35,244 nucleotides of DNA, taken from the NCBI GenBank assembly GCA_938033975.1, contig CALHKJ010000447.1, positions 1 to 35,244 of the forward strand. The letters run 5' to 3'. Made by a program: the position numbers and the translations under genes. Below the pieces are notes generated by a model. That model had not been told where the DNA came from. It searched no databases and saw nothing but the letters and a program-made list of their open reading frames with translations. Of this stretch, positions 33,388 through 35,244 are shown in pieces; the stretch's first letter is position 1; every line of letters starts with the position of its first letter. This stretch comes from an uncultured Saprospiraceae bacterium. Its GTDB lineage: Bacteria > Bacteroidota > Bacteroidia > Chitinophagales > Saprospiraceae.

Positions 33388-34989
33388 ATGTCTATACCTA
33401 AGGAACCCAGGCAGTTGATGATCAACATCATGTATTTGGTATTGACTGCCCTATTGGCCCTGAATGTCTCTGCCGAGATTTTCAATGCCTTTAAAATGGT
33501 AGATAAAGGATTGATAAAATCCAATACAGCCTTGGACCAAGGAAATAGTGCGCTTCCTGCGGCTATTAGAGATGGTGCAAAGAAAAAAGCTTCACTTCAA
33601 CAATACGCTGACCTGATCGAACCAGGACAACAATTGTCAAGTGAAATGAATGATTACTTGGCTGGAATCATCGAAACACTAAAAACTGAATCAGGAGGAT
33701 ACGTTCCTGACCCAGAAACTGGAAACCCAACTGACGAACTAATTGGTAAGAAAAATTTTGATGTTACCACTAGATTATTAGTAAACGGTCCAGATAAAAT
33801 TGTTGACTCTGAAGATGTTGAAGACAGTGAAGGAGCTGTATTAAAAAACAAATTGCTTGCATACAAAAAAGCAATCTTGGATTTAGTTCCAGCTGAGGAT
33901 CAAGAAGGATTTGCAAGATCAATTGCAGTAAATATTGATGATGATCTTTGGAGAAAGAAAGGAAAGAAAAGCTGGCAAGAATTTACTTTCAGCCACATGC
34001 CAGTACAGGCAGTTCTTCCTATCTTTTCAAAATTTCAAAATGATGTAAAAACTACGGAAGCTGCATTCCTTAACTACCTAGCAGGTAAGGTAGGAACAAC
34101 TACTGATGTTGTCATTGACAAATACGCAGTAGTATCAGCTCCAGATAAGTCATACATTATTAAAGGCGAGAAATACAAAGCAGAAATCTTTTTGTCAGCT
34201 GCAGCTTCTGCCGATTCAAAAACTGGTATCTCAGTTTCTGTAAACGGCAAAAAGCTACCTACTAACAAAGAAGGAATTGCTGTATTCGAAACTACACCAG
34301 GATCTGTTGGTGTAAAGAAATATACTGCCAACGCTTCACTAACCAACCCAGTAACTGGTGAGGTAAAAAGCTTCAAGAAAGAATTTTCTTACGAAGTAGG
34401 TGAAAGATCAGTAGCTGTTTCTCCTCTAGCGATGAATGTATTCTACATTGGTGTAGATAACCCAGTTTCTGTAACTGCAGCAGGTGTACCTTCTGATAAG
34501 ATTAAGGTAAGCATGGGCGGTTCAGGCGGCGGATCCATTAAAAGAGGTGGAGGAAATTACATTGTAAATGTAACACAACCTACTTCAGCTGGTCAATTTG
34601 CGAAAGTGAATGTTTCTGCTCCAGGTCTTAATGAATCAAGAGACTTTAGAGTAAAAAGAATTCCAGATCCAGTGCCGAAATTATCTAAGTCAAGAGGTGG
34701 AGGAATGTCAAGTGGTGAATTTAAAGTTCAACCAGGTGTATTCCCTATCCTAGAAAACTTTGACTTTGATGCAAAATGTAATATTGTTGGTTTCAGATTG
34801 GTAAGAGTACCGAAAAGACAAGACCCACAGGTCGCTATCAATAAAGGTGGTAAATATACCTCTGAAACAAAATCACTAGTTTCAAAAGCGAAAGCTACTG
34901 ATACATACTTCTTCGAGGAAATCAAATGTAAGTGTCCAGGTGACCCTGCAGCGAGAGACTTAGGTGGTATGGTATTTAAAATTAGATAA
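33388..34989 (+). CDS. gldM: T9SS/gliding motor protein GldM (PorM)
   Basis: PRQLMINIMYLVLTALLALNVSAEIFNAF is the hallmark GldM N-terminal TM region. The 533-aa periplasmic protein lies between gldL and gldN. Confidence 0.92.
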   Translation: MSIPKEPRQLMINIMYLVLTALLALNVSAEIFNAFKMVDKGLIKSNTALDQGNSALPAAIRDGAKKKASLQQYADLIEPGQQLSSEMNDYLAGIIETLKTESGGYVPDPETGNPTDELIGKKNFDVTTRLLVNGPDKIVDSEDVEDSEGAVLKNKLLAYKKAILDLVPAEDQEGFARSIAVNIDDDLWRKKGKKSWQEFTFSHMPVQAVLPIFSKFQNDVKTTEAAFLNYLAGKVGTTTDVVIDKYAVVSAPDKSYIIKGEKYKAEIFLSAAASADSKTGISVSVNGKKLPTNKEGIAVFETTPGSVGVKKYTANASLTNPVTGEVKSFKKEFSYEVGERSVAVSPLAMNVFYIGVDNPVSVTAAGVPSDKIKVSMGGSGGGSIKRGGGNYIVNVTQPTSAGQFAKVNVSAPGLNESRDFRVKRIPDPVPKLSKSRGGGMSSGEFKVQPGVFPILENFDFDAKCNIVGFRLVRVPKRQDPQVAINKGGKYTSETKSLVSKAKATDTYFFEEIKCKCPGDPAARDLGGMVFKIR

Positions 34990-35007
34990 ACACTTAATCC
35001 AAAGATC

Positions 35008-35244
35008 ATGAAATTAAAAATTCTTTTCTCGATGATGTTTTGCTTTGCAACATTGTTTGTATTTGGGCAAGAAGATGACCTACTCTTAAATAGAGTTGAA
35101 AGTAGTACTCCTCTTGAAGACACATACATTGATGGAATTGTGAAGAAGACACTCACAGAAGATGCAATGATATTAGACTATGAGCCACTAAGAGAGGCTG
35201 ATATAGCATGGGAAAAAAGAATCTGGCGTATTATCGATACCAGA
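35008..35244 (+). CDS. gldN: T9SS/gliding protein GldN (PorN), N-terminal 79 codons (runs off the window end)
   Basis: My translation from ATG 35008 is MKLKILFSMMFCFATLFVFGQ...DYEPLREADIAWEKRIWRIIDTR. It has a signal peptide plus the conserved GldN READ..W.KR.WR.ID motif. It is not in the ORF track because it has no in-window stop. Confidence 0.85.
   Translation, partial: MKLKILFSMMFCFATLFVFGQEDDLLLNRVESSTPLEDTYIDGIVKKTLTEDAMILDYEPLREADIAWEKRIWRIIDTR

Noticed and set aside
33654-35156. Minus-strand ORFs 33654..33866, 34074..34376 and 34728..35156
   Set aside because: They are antisense to gldM and gldN, whose frames carry hallmark motifs.
1-35244. Search for rRNA, tRNA, CRISPR arrays, riboswitches and SRP/RNase P/tmRNA-like sequences in the intergenic spacers
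   Set aside because: No spacer shows the GC-rich, structured character or conserved boxes of these RNAs, and there are no regularly spaced direct repeats. The longest spacers (7474-7739, 31202-31371, 22935-23078) look like AT-rich promoter regions. This was an eye scan only, and a covariance-model search (Infernal/Rfam, tRNAscan-SE) would be decisive.

Overview
This is a visibly AT-rich chromosomal segment of Bacteroidota type, judged from gld/por type IX secretion (T9SS) genes, many lipoprotein and outer-membrane (OM) genes, and TAnnTTTG -7 boxes. I support about 31 protein genes. Two run off the window edges and are missing from the ORF track: a minus-strand secreted protein at 1..1039 and gldN from 35008. 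I found no rRNA, tRNA, CRISPR array, IS element or prophage block. Housekeeping and stress genes include gltX, an hsp20-htrA pair, an SPFH protein, a CE4 deacetylase, a crotonase, Ppx/GppA and two MBL-fold hydrolases. The dominant theme is the cell envelope and T9SS. (a) A 2067-aa adhesin-like protein has HYR-like modules, ten Ig-like two-Cys modules and a type B T9SS C-terminal domain. It is tightly coupled to a PorP/SprF-family barrel and a PD40 propeller protein with no OmpA domain. (b) A porP-gldK-gldL-gldM-gldN core T9SS operon has a strong terminator-like hairpin between gldK and gldL. The least explained parts are listed next. First, a tightly packed operon of a beta-CASP RNase-like enzyme, a 504-aa lipoprotein and a 427-aa OM barrel. 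Second, a solitary NUMOD4/HNH endonuclease gene. Third, a Tat-signal PLP enzyme coupled to a VanZ-like membrane protein. Fourth, a G10/C8 hairpin. No clearly new system can be proven by eye, and all family calls rest on motifs I recognise, not on searches.
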